In this document: positions 1-12,262 of the stretch, piece after piece
Layout: every line of letters begins with the position of its first letter
How positions within the stretch are numbered: position 1 is the first letter of the stretch
Assembly (NCBI RefSeq): GCF_004010195.1
Contig: NC_057711.1
Span: 78,831,738 to 78,863,884, forward strand
Direction: 5' to 3'
From: Chiloscyllium plagiosum
Taxonomy: Eukaryota
Length of the DNA stretch: 32,147 nt
Program-made: the position numbers and the translations under genes
The notes under the pieces: model-generated
Told to the model about the DNA's origin: nothing
Seen by the model: the letters and a program-made list of their open reading frames with translations, nothing else
The model's database searches: none

Positions 1-89
1 TTATTTATTCTTTGCAAACCTAATGACATCCGTGTCTGGTAAAGTGAGCAGAAACGCTGAAAATAGAATCATACCAAAGTCACGGATAT

Positions 90-1530
90 TGTGTTCTGGT
101 GGGGGAAGGAGTAGGGGAGGGTGGGGGTAAGAGATGTTAGGAGGATGTTATGTAGGTTGGGGAGTGCCTGAAAGAAAGACAGAGGCAGAGTGATTTAAGG
201 AGAGTATTCCGTGGAGTGGATCTCAATCAGCTGAAGGCACAGAAACAGAGACACTTAGAAAATAAGTCCAGGAGTAGGCTATTCGGCCTTCTGAGCTTGC
301 ACTACCATTCAATATGATCATGGCTGATCATGCAATCTCAGTATCCCATTCCCGCTTTCTCTCCATATCCCTACATCTCTTTAACTTCAAGGGCCATGTC
401 TAGCTCCCTCTTGAGTATATCTGATGAATTGGCCCCAACAGCTTTCTGTGGTAGATAATTCCACAGGTTCACAACTTTCTGAGTGATGAAAGTCTTCCTC
501 ACCTCAGTCCTGAATGGCTTACCCCTTTTTCTGAAACTGTGACCCCTAGTTCTGGACTTCCCCATCATCGGGAACATTCTTCCCACATATAGCCTATGGT
601 GTCCAATCAGGATTTTATATGTTTCTAAATTCTAGTGAGTACAGGTCCAGTTGATCCAATCTTTCCTCATATGCCAATTGAGAATCAGCCTGGTGAACCT
701 TCAGTGGACTCTCACAATAGCAAGAATGTCTTTCCTCAGACTAGGAGGCCAAAACCGCACACAATAGCGAAGGTGTGGCCTCACGAAGGCCCTGTATAAC
801 TGCAACAGTGGCTAGGCAAAGGAAGAAATGTTTGAAAAAGAGGCCAGTATTGAGAAAAACAGAAAGTTTGTAAACTTGGAGTAGGTTAAAGATGTAGAAA
901 GGGGCAAATCCATGGAGTGATTTGAATATATGAATGAGAATTATTAAATTTTTAGTGATCAGAGAGAACAGGAGTGATATGATTTGCAGACCGTAGAACT
1001 TTGCATGAATTCAGGTTTACAGAGGGTGATAGAAGAGAGGTTAGACAGGAAATCAATGGAATAGTCATTTTGGAAGGAAACTATGGAATGAATGCAAGTT
1101 TCATTGGCAGATTACTTAGGCAGAGCACAAAGGTAAAAGTAGCTAATCTTTTTAATGGACAGGAGATGGAACTGGAAGCTCAGCTCAGATTCAGTTGGAA
1201 ACTGAAATTGCAAACATTCTGGTATAAGCTGAAGCATGTGCCAGGAAATGGAACAGAGTTATAGTGATAACTAAGGATAAAAGCTTGGGTTTCTCTCACG
1301 TTTAACTGGAGAAAATTGCATTTCATCCAGTTCTGAATGATAGGCAACCAATCTGACAATTCAGAATAATGAAGGAATGAAGAGAGGTAGTGGTGAGATA
1401 CAGAATTGTCTCTCGAGTCCATTTTGAATCTGATGTCATTCTTTGTAAGAGATCACCTCGGAGTGGTATTGAGATAAAAAAACAGAAGAGATTCAAGAAT
1501 GGATTCTTGGGTTAATTCAGAGGTAATGAT
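90..1530 (-). mobile_element. Degraded L2-clade LINE (RT C-terminal half and 3' end), interrupted by a CR1 insertion at ~243-808
   Basis: Minus-strand 1530->1400 reads ITSELTQESILESLLFFI... (cf. L2 VTSGVPQGSILGPLLFLIY); ORF 1180-1422 reads LSDWLPIIQNWMKCNFLQLNVRETQAF (cf. LSDCLSDIxxWMxxNFLQLNxxKTE). Sequence either side of the CR1 (cagctgaaggcacag | tggctagg...aagaggccagtattg) appears to join as continuous L2 3' region. Confidence 0.7.
243..808 (-). mobile_element. CR1-clade LINE 3' fragment (ORF2 C-terminus and 3' UTR)
   Basis: ORF 371-586 SRTRGHSFRKRGKPFRTEVRKTFITQKVVNLWNYLPQKAV is the CR1 ORF2 C-terminal motif; 808->690 reads LQLYRA..RPHLRYCVRFWPPSLRKDI; CR1-type 3' UTR at 255-370. Confidence 0.9.
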
Positions 1531-4500
1531 ATGGGGACAGACAAAAAACAACAATTGTGGGAATTTAAAATAAGAATGCAACATGATGCCGGAATGCATG
1601 TGAACTGTGGGCTATACGCTACCCCTTTGGGAGGGAAAGCAGTAGATAGCAGAGAGTTGTTTAATGTTATCTGTAGCAAATGTAAAGCCAGAATGGCAAA
1701 AATGCATAGTTTTGAAAATAATCCACCAGATGGGGCCAATGATCTTTCAAAACATATTAATACCTGCTCTTAGACTGCACATGTACAAATCAGTAGAAGT
1801 GTCCCATTATTATGTTCTGGTTGAACTATCAGTTGTCAGTTGATTAAACTAAAAAAAAATTCCTAGGCAATTCTTTTAATGGTCCGCCATACTATGCCTT
1901 TGTTTAAATCGTCTTTTTCTAACACCCTATCCCCTTTCCTGGCACATCAGTTCCATAAGAGTAAGACAGAAATGATCAGGTCCACTGCCAATGTTATTTT
2001 GCTGATAGCTGCAGGAATATACTAAATAAATATTTCCCATCCCCAAAAGCTGAGTGATCCTCATTCACAAGACACTATTTATATTTTAAAATAAGGAAAT
2101 GATACCTCCATGGTGGTTAATTCATGTGTCAAGCAATCTTTGGCATTTTGGTGGGAAATTGCTGCTGAATGCAAACTAACAAACCGCAATTACTTTAAAG
2201 TCAAAATTAGTAAAAACATGCTTGAGTGGGTTACACTCAATGATGCATGTTCTTAACTTTCTGCCAAAGTATCAAACTGACATTGCAAGACAATCTTGGC
2301 AGTTGTTATTTAAATCTAACAAAAATTGTGTGGTTTCTTTAATAAGCTGGTTATCTGCAATCTTCTAATTCCAGACAGCAGTTTGAAAATACATATTGTA
2401 AATTATCCAGAAATATACACTAACTGCAATAGTAGCACTGAGAGAGATAATGACCACAGGCTGATCAAGTTTTAAGTGATCAGGGAGTCAGAAATGTCTA
2501 AAATCAGAAGTCAGACTTAAAGATTAAAAGGGATAAATTCAGCATCTGAGGGAACAACTAAAGCAAATAGTGATTGATAACCTGTGGGTAAAAATTTAAA
2601 GTTTTTGTTTTCAAACAGAAATGACCATAAGCTTCTCACTCCACAGCTATCATGAATGACTCCCCATCTGCCTGTCAATTTGCCTGCATTATTCCTTCCC
2701 TTTACTTCAATGGTTGAAGTTAAGGCAAGTGGCTAACTTTTCAACAACTTCAATGTGGAAGCTGCCTGAGGTAGTGCATGAAATTGGGACCACTATTTGG
2801 GGCTCCTGCTGCCTATGCAATTCCACAGCAACAGATTTATGCCCCTATGTTACATTTCTTCATAGTTCAGTCTTCTAGTGAAAGGATATGTCTCGTGGCC
2901 TTTTGTACTACTTTCGGGAGTTTGTTCTCCATGTGCATTGATGATTATGAACCAGATGTGGTTCATGGGGCTGGATTTTCTCACATCGTTAGGCACCACA
3001 CAAAGTCAGAAAATAGAAAACAACATTCCAGAGTTGTAATGGCAAAAGTTCTGCCTTAATTTCTATTTCTGGCTATTTTCAGTGTAATGGGAAAACAGAG
3101 ACAGGGTGGAAAACCCCTCATGCCTGTTTTTTTGGACGTTGTTGACAATTATTTGGAAGTGGGTATGTCAGAGTTTCTACAATTTCTGGTAAGGTTGGCA
3201 TGTTTGGGAGACTTCCCAAATCATGTCTGCAGAATTGCAGTATGAACCATGGACTGGAAGCTGGCAGAGTATAAAATGTGAATAGAAAACCTATAATTTT
3301 CTTTTTCCATATAAATAACTCAGGGCAGAAAAATGAAGAGCAATTCTTGCTTTCAGGCATAACACAGTCAACTATGATCATTCCGAAGCTTCGTAGTTCC
3401 CTGATCAGGGAAGACTTTGGGCAGGATTTTCATCATGGTGCCAGGAATTGGGAATAGGTTTTTGTTCTTATATCCCAATGCTATCTCTATGAGAAACATA
3501 GGCAGAACTATTCTCCATCAAGGGTTACACCTGGGGATGGAGGAGGGTGATAGTTGGTTGGGGAGGGGGGTTGCTGTGGGCGGTGGGCTGGGTATGGCAG
3601 AAAAAAGACCATAGTTAAAGGCCCAAAAAGCTTGCATCTGTGCTATTATTTGTCAATACTGTAATCTACTAGTTGCTCTCACTACGGCACCCACTGCACT
3701 AGAATGTATCACAGATGAACAAAAAGGAAAACTAAGGCAAGAACTTGGACTGGCTCCACTTGAATGCTTATGCAAGGTATTCCTTTCAAGAGTTTTAGTG
3801 ATTTCTGAGATATGACTCAATTGCTTTATGCTCCATATACCTGAGTCTTTCTGAAGGGGGCCAGCAATGACAAGCTCACTTGATTAATGTCTACTTTTGC
3901 ATCCAAAGGAAGCTAATCCAATAGCGTCGCTAAGATATGTGAATGCTCAATCAGATATATATTGGACTTTGGAAGACATGGCAGATTAACTAACTGTCAA
4001 TGTTCTTGGTTGCACATATAAAGTTGCCACTGAATGTGACTGTGGGACCTGGTGTACCCTTCTGTTTTCACAGGTTCATGGTGTTCAGATCTCGATGAAT
4101 TTGCTGTAAGGATGACAATAGCAGGTTTGTTGCTGATAGTTGCAATGATGGTTAACAATTGGCTGAAAGCTCTTTCGACTACCATGCAGGCATGCTGCAT
4201 AGCTGCTCGATAAGGATGGTAAAGAGAACCAGATGGATCATGCTCCTTATAATCATCAAATACAGCAACACTTTCACATCAACAGCTATCAAGTATAATT
4301 GAATACTGGGCTGCAGTGTCAATTGCCTGTAGATTGAGGTCTTTATCTTGGATTTATTTTGACTTCATTTTTGTCTCTTAATTCTTTACCTTCTGTCTTC
4401 TCAGTCTTGGCAGGCAATACATTTTAAACATTCTTAAGGTTGCAGAGATTATTGGTCATCTATTCAAAGACTTGGTTTTAATTGCTTGCACCTCTTTAAC

Positions 4501-5019
4501 TTCACTTACACATTAATAAACCCTCTAAGAACAATTCCAAATTTCCAGTATCTCTGCATAACTATAATGATACACTAATAACAGAAAAATTGACAATAAA
4601 GCAAAAATCATCACCTTGAGTCAGTATAGCATCCATTTCAATCATATTTATCATTTTTCACTTATGTTTTCTTCATACTTTTACTGTGGAAATTTAACAT
4701 TTCAAAGTAGCCAAGAACAATCTGAAATGTATGCTTTGCTGAAAAATTTGTGTGCTTTCTGATTTTTAATACAATTGCACAAAATCAAAATCAACAACCC
4801 AACCCCTATTCCTATCCCTCTGGTGGTCCATAGTTAGATCAAAAAGATGGTGAAATTGCACGGAAGGTTCTGCTGCTTACCTGTCACAATTTATTTGGAA
4901 GAAGCATGATTAAAAATGGCATAAATAATATTTCCACCATTTTTGGGGTGTTTCTATACTTTTTAAAATTTAACTTCCAGCATCCAAGTAGGAAACGTCT
5001 ATAGAAATTCAATATTTTG

Positions 5020-5490
5020 AGTCATAGTCATACAGCACCGAAACAGACCCTTCAATCCACCTTGTCCATGCTGACCAGGCATCCTAAACTGAACTAGTCC
5101 CATTTGTCTGCATTTGGCAAATATCCCTTTCCTATTTGTGCACCTGTCCAAATGTCTTTTAAATATTGCAATTGTGCCTGCCTCTATCACTTTGTCTGAC
5201 AGCTCATTCTATACATGCAACACCCTCTGTGTGAAAACGTTGCCCCTCAAGACCCTTTTAAATCTTTCCCCCTCAGCTTAGTTTTGGACTCCCGTACCCT
5301 TGGAAAAAGACTTTGGCTATTAACATTGTGAACGCCTCTCATGAGTTTATAAACCTCTATAAGGTCACTCCTCAGCCTCTGACACTGGGAAGGAAGTCCC
5401 AGCTGATCCAAACTCTCCTTATTGCTCAAACCCCTCAGCCCTGGCAACTTCTTTGTACTTTTTTTCTATACCCTTTCTAGTTTAACAATA
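5020..5490 (-). mobile_element. CR1/HER1-type LINE 3' fragment
   Basis: ORFs 5247-5447 (LGL..QRLRSDLIEVYKLMRG...SLFPR) and 4999-5190 (EAGTIAIFKRHLD); tail (ctatgact)n appears as agtcatagtcata at 5020. Confidence 0.9.
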
Positions 5491-6583
5491 GAATAAGATT
5501 TTGTCACAAAGATTTGTGTCAAATATAATAGTGTGTATCATGGATGTTTATACTGGAGCCATGTATGTACTGAGTTCCACAGTCCCTTTCACCTTTGCAG
5601 AATGGAAGAGTTAATGGTTAGAGATGTTAGTGAGGTCATGAATCTCCCCAGTATGATAGCAGCTTCATTTGTTCAGATGGCAAGTAAATGACTATGTGGC
5701 CTTCTTTAAGCATGGAAGCACCTCTATATTCTCACCACTTACTTAAAAAATATCCAGGAGAGTACAGGAGAGCCTACTTGGTCAGACTGCCTTGGTAGAT
5801 GCCACCTTGGTGACATCTGAAGCTGGGCACTCTCATCTTTGAATTTCTGGATCTTTCTAACTGTGTGCACCTCAGGCAGAACTGTAAGTGGCCTTACAGT
5901 TAGTGTGCTGAAACTATCCATGGACTAACTAGTAACGAACTTGAGTTGGTGGAAAAGTACCTAAGATAGGCTAGTATAAGGCAGTAAAATGATAAGCCTT
6001 TTAGAAATCTTTGTGCAGTGTGTGTTGCTATGGGAGCTGTTTAATTTTAAAGGTGACATAAGTATTAAAGTTGCTCTTGGCAGGATAAAATTTGTTTAAG
6101 AGTGGAAGGACTAATAGAGATTTCGGACATGACTACTAATGAAGTAAGCAGAAATTGCTCATTCTTCAAAGAATTGCTTCCAAAGAATTTGTTGGAGTCC
6201 TCTGTACTTTCTCCATCTTCAGTGCCATCACACTAGCATCATTGCTGTCACATGTCAGAGATATAATGCTTCCAGTCTGCATTGTAGGATATCACCAAAC
6301 AAGTTTCTTATGGAATGCAGAAGAATATGCCAGGGGTAGCACCTAGCATAACAAAAACTGAAACACTAATCCATTGAAACGGCTACATAGCACTCCTTAA
6401 ATGTTAAAAATATAAACAAACTAATTATAAATAAAACTGTGTGGTTCCACAATCAATGCATTACAACAAAGAAAGACTGATCCTCCTTGAAAGAGATATC
6501 AGAGATTTCAAGAAGAGTGCTGCCTGAATCCAGAGTACAAGAAGTTTGAAACTCTCAGCCTGCACTAATGAAAAACTAATTGA

Positions 6584-7072
6584 GGGTGGCACAGTGATTT
6601 AACACTGCTGCCCCACAGCACCAGGATCCTGGGTTCGAATCCTGCTTCAGGTGACTGTCTGTGTGGAGTTTGTGCATTCTCCCCGTGTCTGTGTGAGTTT
6701 CCTCCAGGTGCTCTGGTTTCCTCCCACAATCCAAAGATGTGCAGTTTAGGTGAATGGGTCATGCTAAAATGCCCAAAATGTTAGGTGCATTAGTCAGAGG
6801 AAAATGGGTCTGAGTGGGTTACTCTTCAGAGGGCCAGTGTGGACTTAGTCGTAGAGTCATAGAGATGTACAGCATGGAAACAGACCCTTCGGTCCAACCT
6901 GTCCATGCCGACCAGATATACCAACCCAATCTAGTCCCACCTGCCAGCACCTGGCCCATATCCCTCCAAACCCTTCCTATTCATATTCCCATCCAAATGT
7001 CTTTTAATTGTACCAGCCTCCACCATTTCCTTGCTGAATGGCTTGTTTCCACACTGTATATAATTTAATCTA
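6584..7072 (+). mobile_element. tRNA-derived HE1-type V-SINE, split by an antisense CR1 fragment (body 6584-6846, tail 7031-7072)
   Basis: A-box-like tggcacagtga (6587), B-box ggttcgaatcc (6632-6642), V-domain tgtgtggagtttg...ggtttcctcccacaatccaaagatgtgcag; LINE-derived tail tgtttccacactgta...taatctaa resumes at ~7033. Confidence 0.9.
6847..7030 (-). mobile_element. Short CR1/HER1 3'-end fragment nested in the SINE
   Basis: Starts with reverse-complement tail agtcgtagagtcatagag followed by atgtacagcatggaaacagacccttcggtcc, matching the 3' end of the CR1 at 19770-19821. Confidence 0.88.
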
Positions 7073-8447
7073 AAAATGTAAGTGGTTAGGTTTCTTCTCT
7101 GTGACTATTTGCTGAAAAGCAAACCTGCATTTGAAATGGCCTCTGTGGCTCATCACTGCCTTCTTGGTGCCTTTTTCAATCATTTGTATCTTCTGTTTTG
7201 TGAAAATTGGAGGGGCTGCATTGTCTAGATCTATAGTGACTGCATTGGAGAGTAATAACTGGCATATTGAATTGACGTCAGCATTTCCAGTATCTCTTAT
7301 CAGAGAATATTTAAAGTTCTCCAGGCAGATCCACTTAACAAATAAATCGAGTGATTAGGAATGAAATACAGGATTTCTGAGATTTATCTTCTATCGTAGT
7401 AAAGTGTAGCAATATATCTTCCCTTCCACTTTGATTTTAGTAACTCCTGTGTTGGAAATTTGAATGCAGGATGGTCTGAGAATTTTTTCATGGCATGACC
7501 TTTGAACAAATGAATACATATGCCTTTGTGTCCAAATTAAAATTGCCATGATATCTGCATGCCAGAATTCATCCTGTGGTCTGCATAATCAGGGTTGTCA
7601 AAATCATGCAGCGGGCTAGCCACATCTCCCAGCAAGAGTTTATGTTGACCCTCTGTGCCTTCTACTTTGGCACACCTGTATACTGATGTGACCAGTAGTC
7701 TGCTGTGACTGCAGATGTAACATGGTGTCTCTCAATACTTGTCATTCACTATAAAACTGACTGAACTATGTTCCGACCTGAATGATTTTGATCAGTTTAT
7801 TTGCAAACTTCCTTTTGGTGGGTTTAGTGAATGCTCTTTTCACTCACTGTCCTATAAGTCTTTTGATTAACTTTAGTGTTTTATTCAATGTAGTTGATTT
7901 ATTTTCACTTGTTTCTTGCTGTGGGCTTTCTCTGCCTTTTTTTTAGCTTTTGTGCAAGATATTTACCTCCCCACAATTTGGTGCCTGGGTGTGTTTGATA
8001 TTACTGGCTGGTCTCATTGCTAACCCTGAACACTGCTGATCTTCAGTTTATGCTCTTAGTACAGTTTGCTTCTGCTTTTGAGGTCCAGTCACCATTGTTA
8101 TAAGTGAACTTTAACAGACTATATTAAATGTAATGATGTGCAAGGGATGGGAAGAGAGGACATGCTGCAGAGACTTGATTATTTGAATTTTTGTTCCATG
8201 TAATCTGATATCATTCTGATATAACTCCTTTCAGACATACTCAGTAACTATTCTTACAGTAAAAAACCATCAACCATTTACTCTACAATAATATCGCGTG
8301 TACCTGACAATGTGGAAGATTTCCCTACTGACTCCCAAAGGGCCTGAAATTCCCTCACTGAAATAACAAAAATGTGATTAAGCCATTCTTTAAGTATTTC
8401 AGTAATCTGCTCAGACAGGGATATTGCTCTAAAGAACAGCTAATTGC

Positions 8448-8938
8448 ATAGTCATAGAGTCATAAAACACAGAAACAGACCCTTTGGTTCAACTATGCCG
8501 AACATAATCCCAAACTAAATCAGGCACACCTGCTTGTTCCTGGCTCATATCGCTCCAAATCTTTCCTGTTCATGTATGTATCTAAATGTCTTTTAAACGT
8601 TGTCTTTGTACCCACATCCACCACCTTCTCAGGTAGATCATTGCACAGATGAACCACACTTTGTGTAAAAAAATTGCCTCATGTCTTTTTTAAATCTCTC
8701 TGCTCTCACCTTCAAAATGTGCCCTCATTCTTGAAAACCCCCACTTTAGGGAAAAGACAACTACCACCAACTCTATCTATACCTCTCATTATCTTATAAA
8801 CTTCTATCAGATTGCCTCTCAGTCTCCTATGCTCCAGTGACAAAAGTCTATCCAGCCATTCTTTATCCAAGCTTTCCACACCTGGCAACGTCCTGGTAAA
8901 TCTCTTCTAAACCCTCATCTATAACAGAGTGACCAGAA
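8448..8938 (-). mobile_element. CR1/HER1-type LINE 3' fragment
   Basis: Tail catagtcatagagtcata, then gaaacagaccctttggttcaac; minus strand encodes degraded RFTRTLPG...RLRGNLIEVYKIMRGIDRV...LFP. Confidence 0.88.
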
Positions 8939-10694
8939 AGAAGAATTATCAGCTAAGTTTCAGGGCATAGTTTATATCCCCAAGCAGCTGACCTTTTATT
9001 GTGTCAGAGAAAAGAGTAGTGTTTGTATGGGGGACAGGTGTGGAAATGGAAGTGGTGGGGAGGGGTGGCGCAGTTGAGTAGGTAGTAGGCTTGGAGCAGA
9101 CTGAAGGATTGACAAAGTCTTATGTAACATTCCAGCATCTGTTCCAGCCTAGAAGGTAATAAGACATTGAGGTTCAAGGTTGTAGTGACCATGACTGCAA
9201 CAGGCAATGTTGAGTAATTTGCAGCAATCAATGTTAAATATTTCAGTGAAAGGTGAACATAAATCTGTGACAGTGTTCTTAAAAAAGCTTATTCTCTTTA
9301 CATACTACTTCTCCAAGAAGTGTAGGTCTGTAGACATAGTTCCATAAACCAAATTAAAATGATATGGATTCTTGAGAAAATATATCCATGTAGCTGGAGA
9401 CTTATCTCTTGTCCCTTATTGCTCCTACTTCACCTTCCCATCTTCCTGTAATCATGTTGAAATTACTTGGCGGAACTGCCATCTTGAAGAGAGAAATGCT
9501 TTTTCAGGAACCCATGAAGAATTGTACAGAGACTAGATACTCCTTAAAACCATGTCAATAACCAAGAAAACTTTCAAGTAGAAGGAAAATCTTTCCCAAA
9601 CTGTCGCAATGCTTTAGCTGAGGGTAGGTAAATACATTTTAAATATCATTGAAAACGGCTATCTCCCTACTTACTCTGCTCATGGTATAGCAAAACAGGA
9701 AGAGATAAAAAATGAGATTATACTATCTAACCTTGATGTGTATTTGTGAAGAACATACTGCCTGTTTCAGTGCAGGTGCTATTTGCCTAAAATGAAATCT
9801 AGTCTTGAAATCACTAATAGTAAATTGGCATTAGTCTCTTTTTTTTGTCCAGCTATTACCATAGCTGAATATAGGACAATTTTGAGATAGAAATTGGCCT
9901 CAGAAAGTAGAATATTAACATTGAAATGGTAATTTTTAAAATTTCGTACGTTCTAAGATTGTATGGTAAACCATTTGTGATTTGTATTGTTTTTGCTTAG
10001 CTGATTTCATCCAGGGTTTATGATGCTATTTTTTACTTTACCCTTGTGTTTAGAGTTAACAGAGTGAAATGGTACCCCAGTGCTAGGTTCAATTCCTGTG
10101 ATACAGTGACTATGCCTCAGGAAGTTCTTGCACTGCCTGAACATTTTACTTTCTCTTATTGTCATTATTGAAGTATACTGGTTGGGGTTGGTTCAGTTTT
10201 TGATCCAATGGGAAACATTGACTTTAGTTACTGTCTCTCTTTTATCATGTGGTTTGATGCCCCTCTTTGAGTTTGTGTTTTTATAGACTGATCTGGCCTA
10301 GATTTTCAAATTACAATATATAATGTATTAATGTGTCTATTTTGGTAATCATAGATTTATAGTTACATTAAGCAAGGACTAATTTATCTTCTTTGTATTG
10401 TCATGTCCATGATGTAATCTGCCCTGGTGCAGAGTTTCAGATTTGAGAGTGTACTAATTTTGTGCTCACTGTGGTATTTATACTCAGTGATATACAGCCT
10501 CATGATATCAAACCAAGGCAGATCACAGCAAACTCCATTAAACTTTCTTTGGAATTACCTCCAAATTTTTGCCTGTTTGTAAAACTTGAGAATTTCTTCA
10601 ACAAAATGGTTCCACCATGTGATCACTATAGGGTCTGCTATCAGTTTGTATAGATTTTCTCAGCAGCATTTTATTCCCTTCCTTCACGGACATA

Positions 10695-11967
10695 ATCAAA
10701 TTAGAACTGGCTTTATTGTCATGTCAACTCGAATAAGTGCATTGAAAAGTTTGCAATGTCACCACTTATGACGCCATCTTAGATACAAGATATCCAGGTA
10801 CAGATATTAAAGTATTTGGTACAAAATTGAAAAAATACTAAATAAAATTCCAGCATAAGAACAAAAAGGAAAGAAAAGTACTTGAATTACAGTCTTTATC
10901 ATCCAAGTCCATGCCAGCAACTAGCTTTCAGACTGCTCTGGGCCAAGTCTCTAGACCATGTCGGCCTTCAAAACACGAGGCCTCGCCTCTAGCCTGCAAG
11001 GGGCTCGCCTCCCCAGGCCGGACCCCAGTCCAGGTCTAACCTCCCCACGACGGCCCCCAGTCCGGGCCTGGCCTCCCCACGACGGCCCCCAGTCCAAGTC
11101 TCGCCTCCCCATGACGGACCCCAGTCCGGGCCTGGCCTCACCACGACGGCCTCCAATCCAGGTCTCACCTCCCCACGATGGCCCCCAGTCCGGGCCTGGC
11201 CTCACCACGACGGCCTCCAATCCGGATCTCACCTCCCTATGACGGCCCCCAGTCCAGGTCTCACCTCCCCAGGACGGGCTCTAGTCCGGGACACACCTCC
11301 CCACGATGGCCCCCAGTCCAGGTCTCACCTCCCCGTGACGGCCTCCAGTCCGGAACCCGCCTCCCCATGGCAGCCTCCAGGCTGGGACACACCTCCCCAC
11401 GATAGCCTCCAGCCTGGAACCTGCCTCCCCACGATAGCCTCCAGTCCGGAACCCACCTCCCCACGATAGCCTCCAGTCCGGAACCTGCCTCCCCACGATA
11501 GCCTCCAGTCCGGAACCCACCTCCCCTTGGCAGCCTCCAGTCTGGGACACACTTCCTCACGACGGCCCCCAGTCCGGGACCCGCCTTCCCACAACGGACC
11601 CCAGTCCGGGACCTGCCTCCCATGTCAGCCCCCAGTTCGGGATCCGCCTCCCCACAACGGCCCCCAGTTCGGGACCTGCCTCCTCATGGCAGCCTCCAGT
11701 CTAGAACTCTCCTTAGTGACTTGCCTCCCCTTGCAGGTCTCCGATCTGTGACTCATCTCCCGCACCAGTCTGGTTTAGGACTCACTCTGGGACATGCCTC
11801 CCACACCACTCTGGGACAGCCTTCGATTCGGGAGTCACCTCATCCATTCTCCTCCACGTAAGTTTAAAGTTAGAAGTTTGGAAAGACAAGAGAAAAAGAA
11901 AAAAGTAGGCAGAGCAGAGGAGCTTTGTCTGGAGTGTCCTACTCTGCTGGCATCTTGGATTGGAACC
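10695..11967 (-). mobile_element. Putative non-autonomous LINE-like retroelement with internal GC-rich minisatellite
   Basis: Minus-strand start ggttccaatccaagatgccagc (AAGATGG-like 5' motif) followed by a pyrimidine-rich leader; minus-strand end AATAAA (tttatt 10712-10717) then tctaatttgatt; no RT ORF; possible imperfect TSD ggacata 10688-10694 / ggatata 11971-11977. Confidence 0.5.
11009..11711. repeat. Minisatellite, 22 units of 32 bp (consensus ~ctccccacgacggcctccagtccgggacctgc)
   Basis: ctcccc-like unit starts at 11009, 11041, 11073 ... 11617 in exact 32-bp register, then 11648 and 11680 (one 31-bp unit). Confidence 0.97.
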
Positions 11968-12184
11968 AGAGGATATAGTTACATATATTTATAATATTAT
12001 CAAGGTAATTTCCATTCAATTAATGTACATTTGGCATTCATTTATGAATATTTGATTGGCTTATGGAAATATGTCTAAAATGATGGCAATATTAATGAAT
12101 CTACTAGAATCAATGCTGCTACCAGTATTACGTTTATAAAACTAAAATTATTGTGAATATTATAAAGCTGAATTAGCAACATAA

Positions 12185-12262
12185 TGGTTGAAATACTGCT
12201 GGTCAAGCAGCATCCGTAGAGTCAAACAAAGTTTATAGAATTTCATGTTTGTGGTCCCTACA
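12185..12262 (-). mobile_element. Highly degraded remnant of a Penelope-derived short element
   Basis: gaaatactgctggtcaagcagcatccgtagag resembles the gcaggtcaggcagcatc core shared by the better-preserved copies. Confidence 0.4.

Noticed and set aside
2215..2251. Small bulged hairpin aacatgc-ttgagtg / cactcaa-gcatgtt
   Set aside because: Too short for a pre-miRNA and plausible by chance.
2965..3640. MITE-like starts ggggctggattttc and gggcaggattttt
   Set aside because: No matching inverted terminus found, so an element cannot be delimited.
3960..4300. Harbinger transposase-like HACMVVERAF motif
   Set aside because: Short match only; surrounding DDE motifs are not recognisable.
6584..6650. 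tRNA gene
   Set aside because: A and B boxes are present but continue into a V-domain and LINE tail, so this is a SINE head.
9402..9482. Minus-strand MAVPP start resembling the VDAC N-terminus after an acceptor-like AG
   Set aside because: Similarity ends after five residues and the frame stops at codon 27.
9500..9635. Possible plus-strand exon ending at gagg/gtaggtaaat
   Set aside because: All three frames are interrupted by stops from the nearest strong acceptor.
10080..10100. Isolated B-box ggttcaattcc
   Set aside because: No A-box or SINE body identifiable.
11009..11711. CRISPR-like periodicity (32 bp)
   Set aside because: Units are contiguous with no unique spacers, no cas genes, and the context is vertebrate.
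10951..11861. Many overlapping Pro/Gly/Arg-rich ORFs on both strands
   Set aside because: Products of a GC-rich 32-bp (non-triplet) minisatellite; stops are simply rare.
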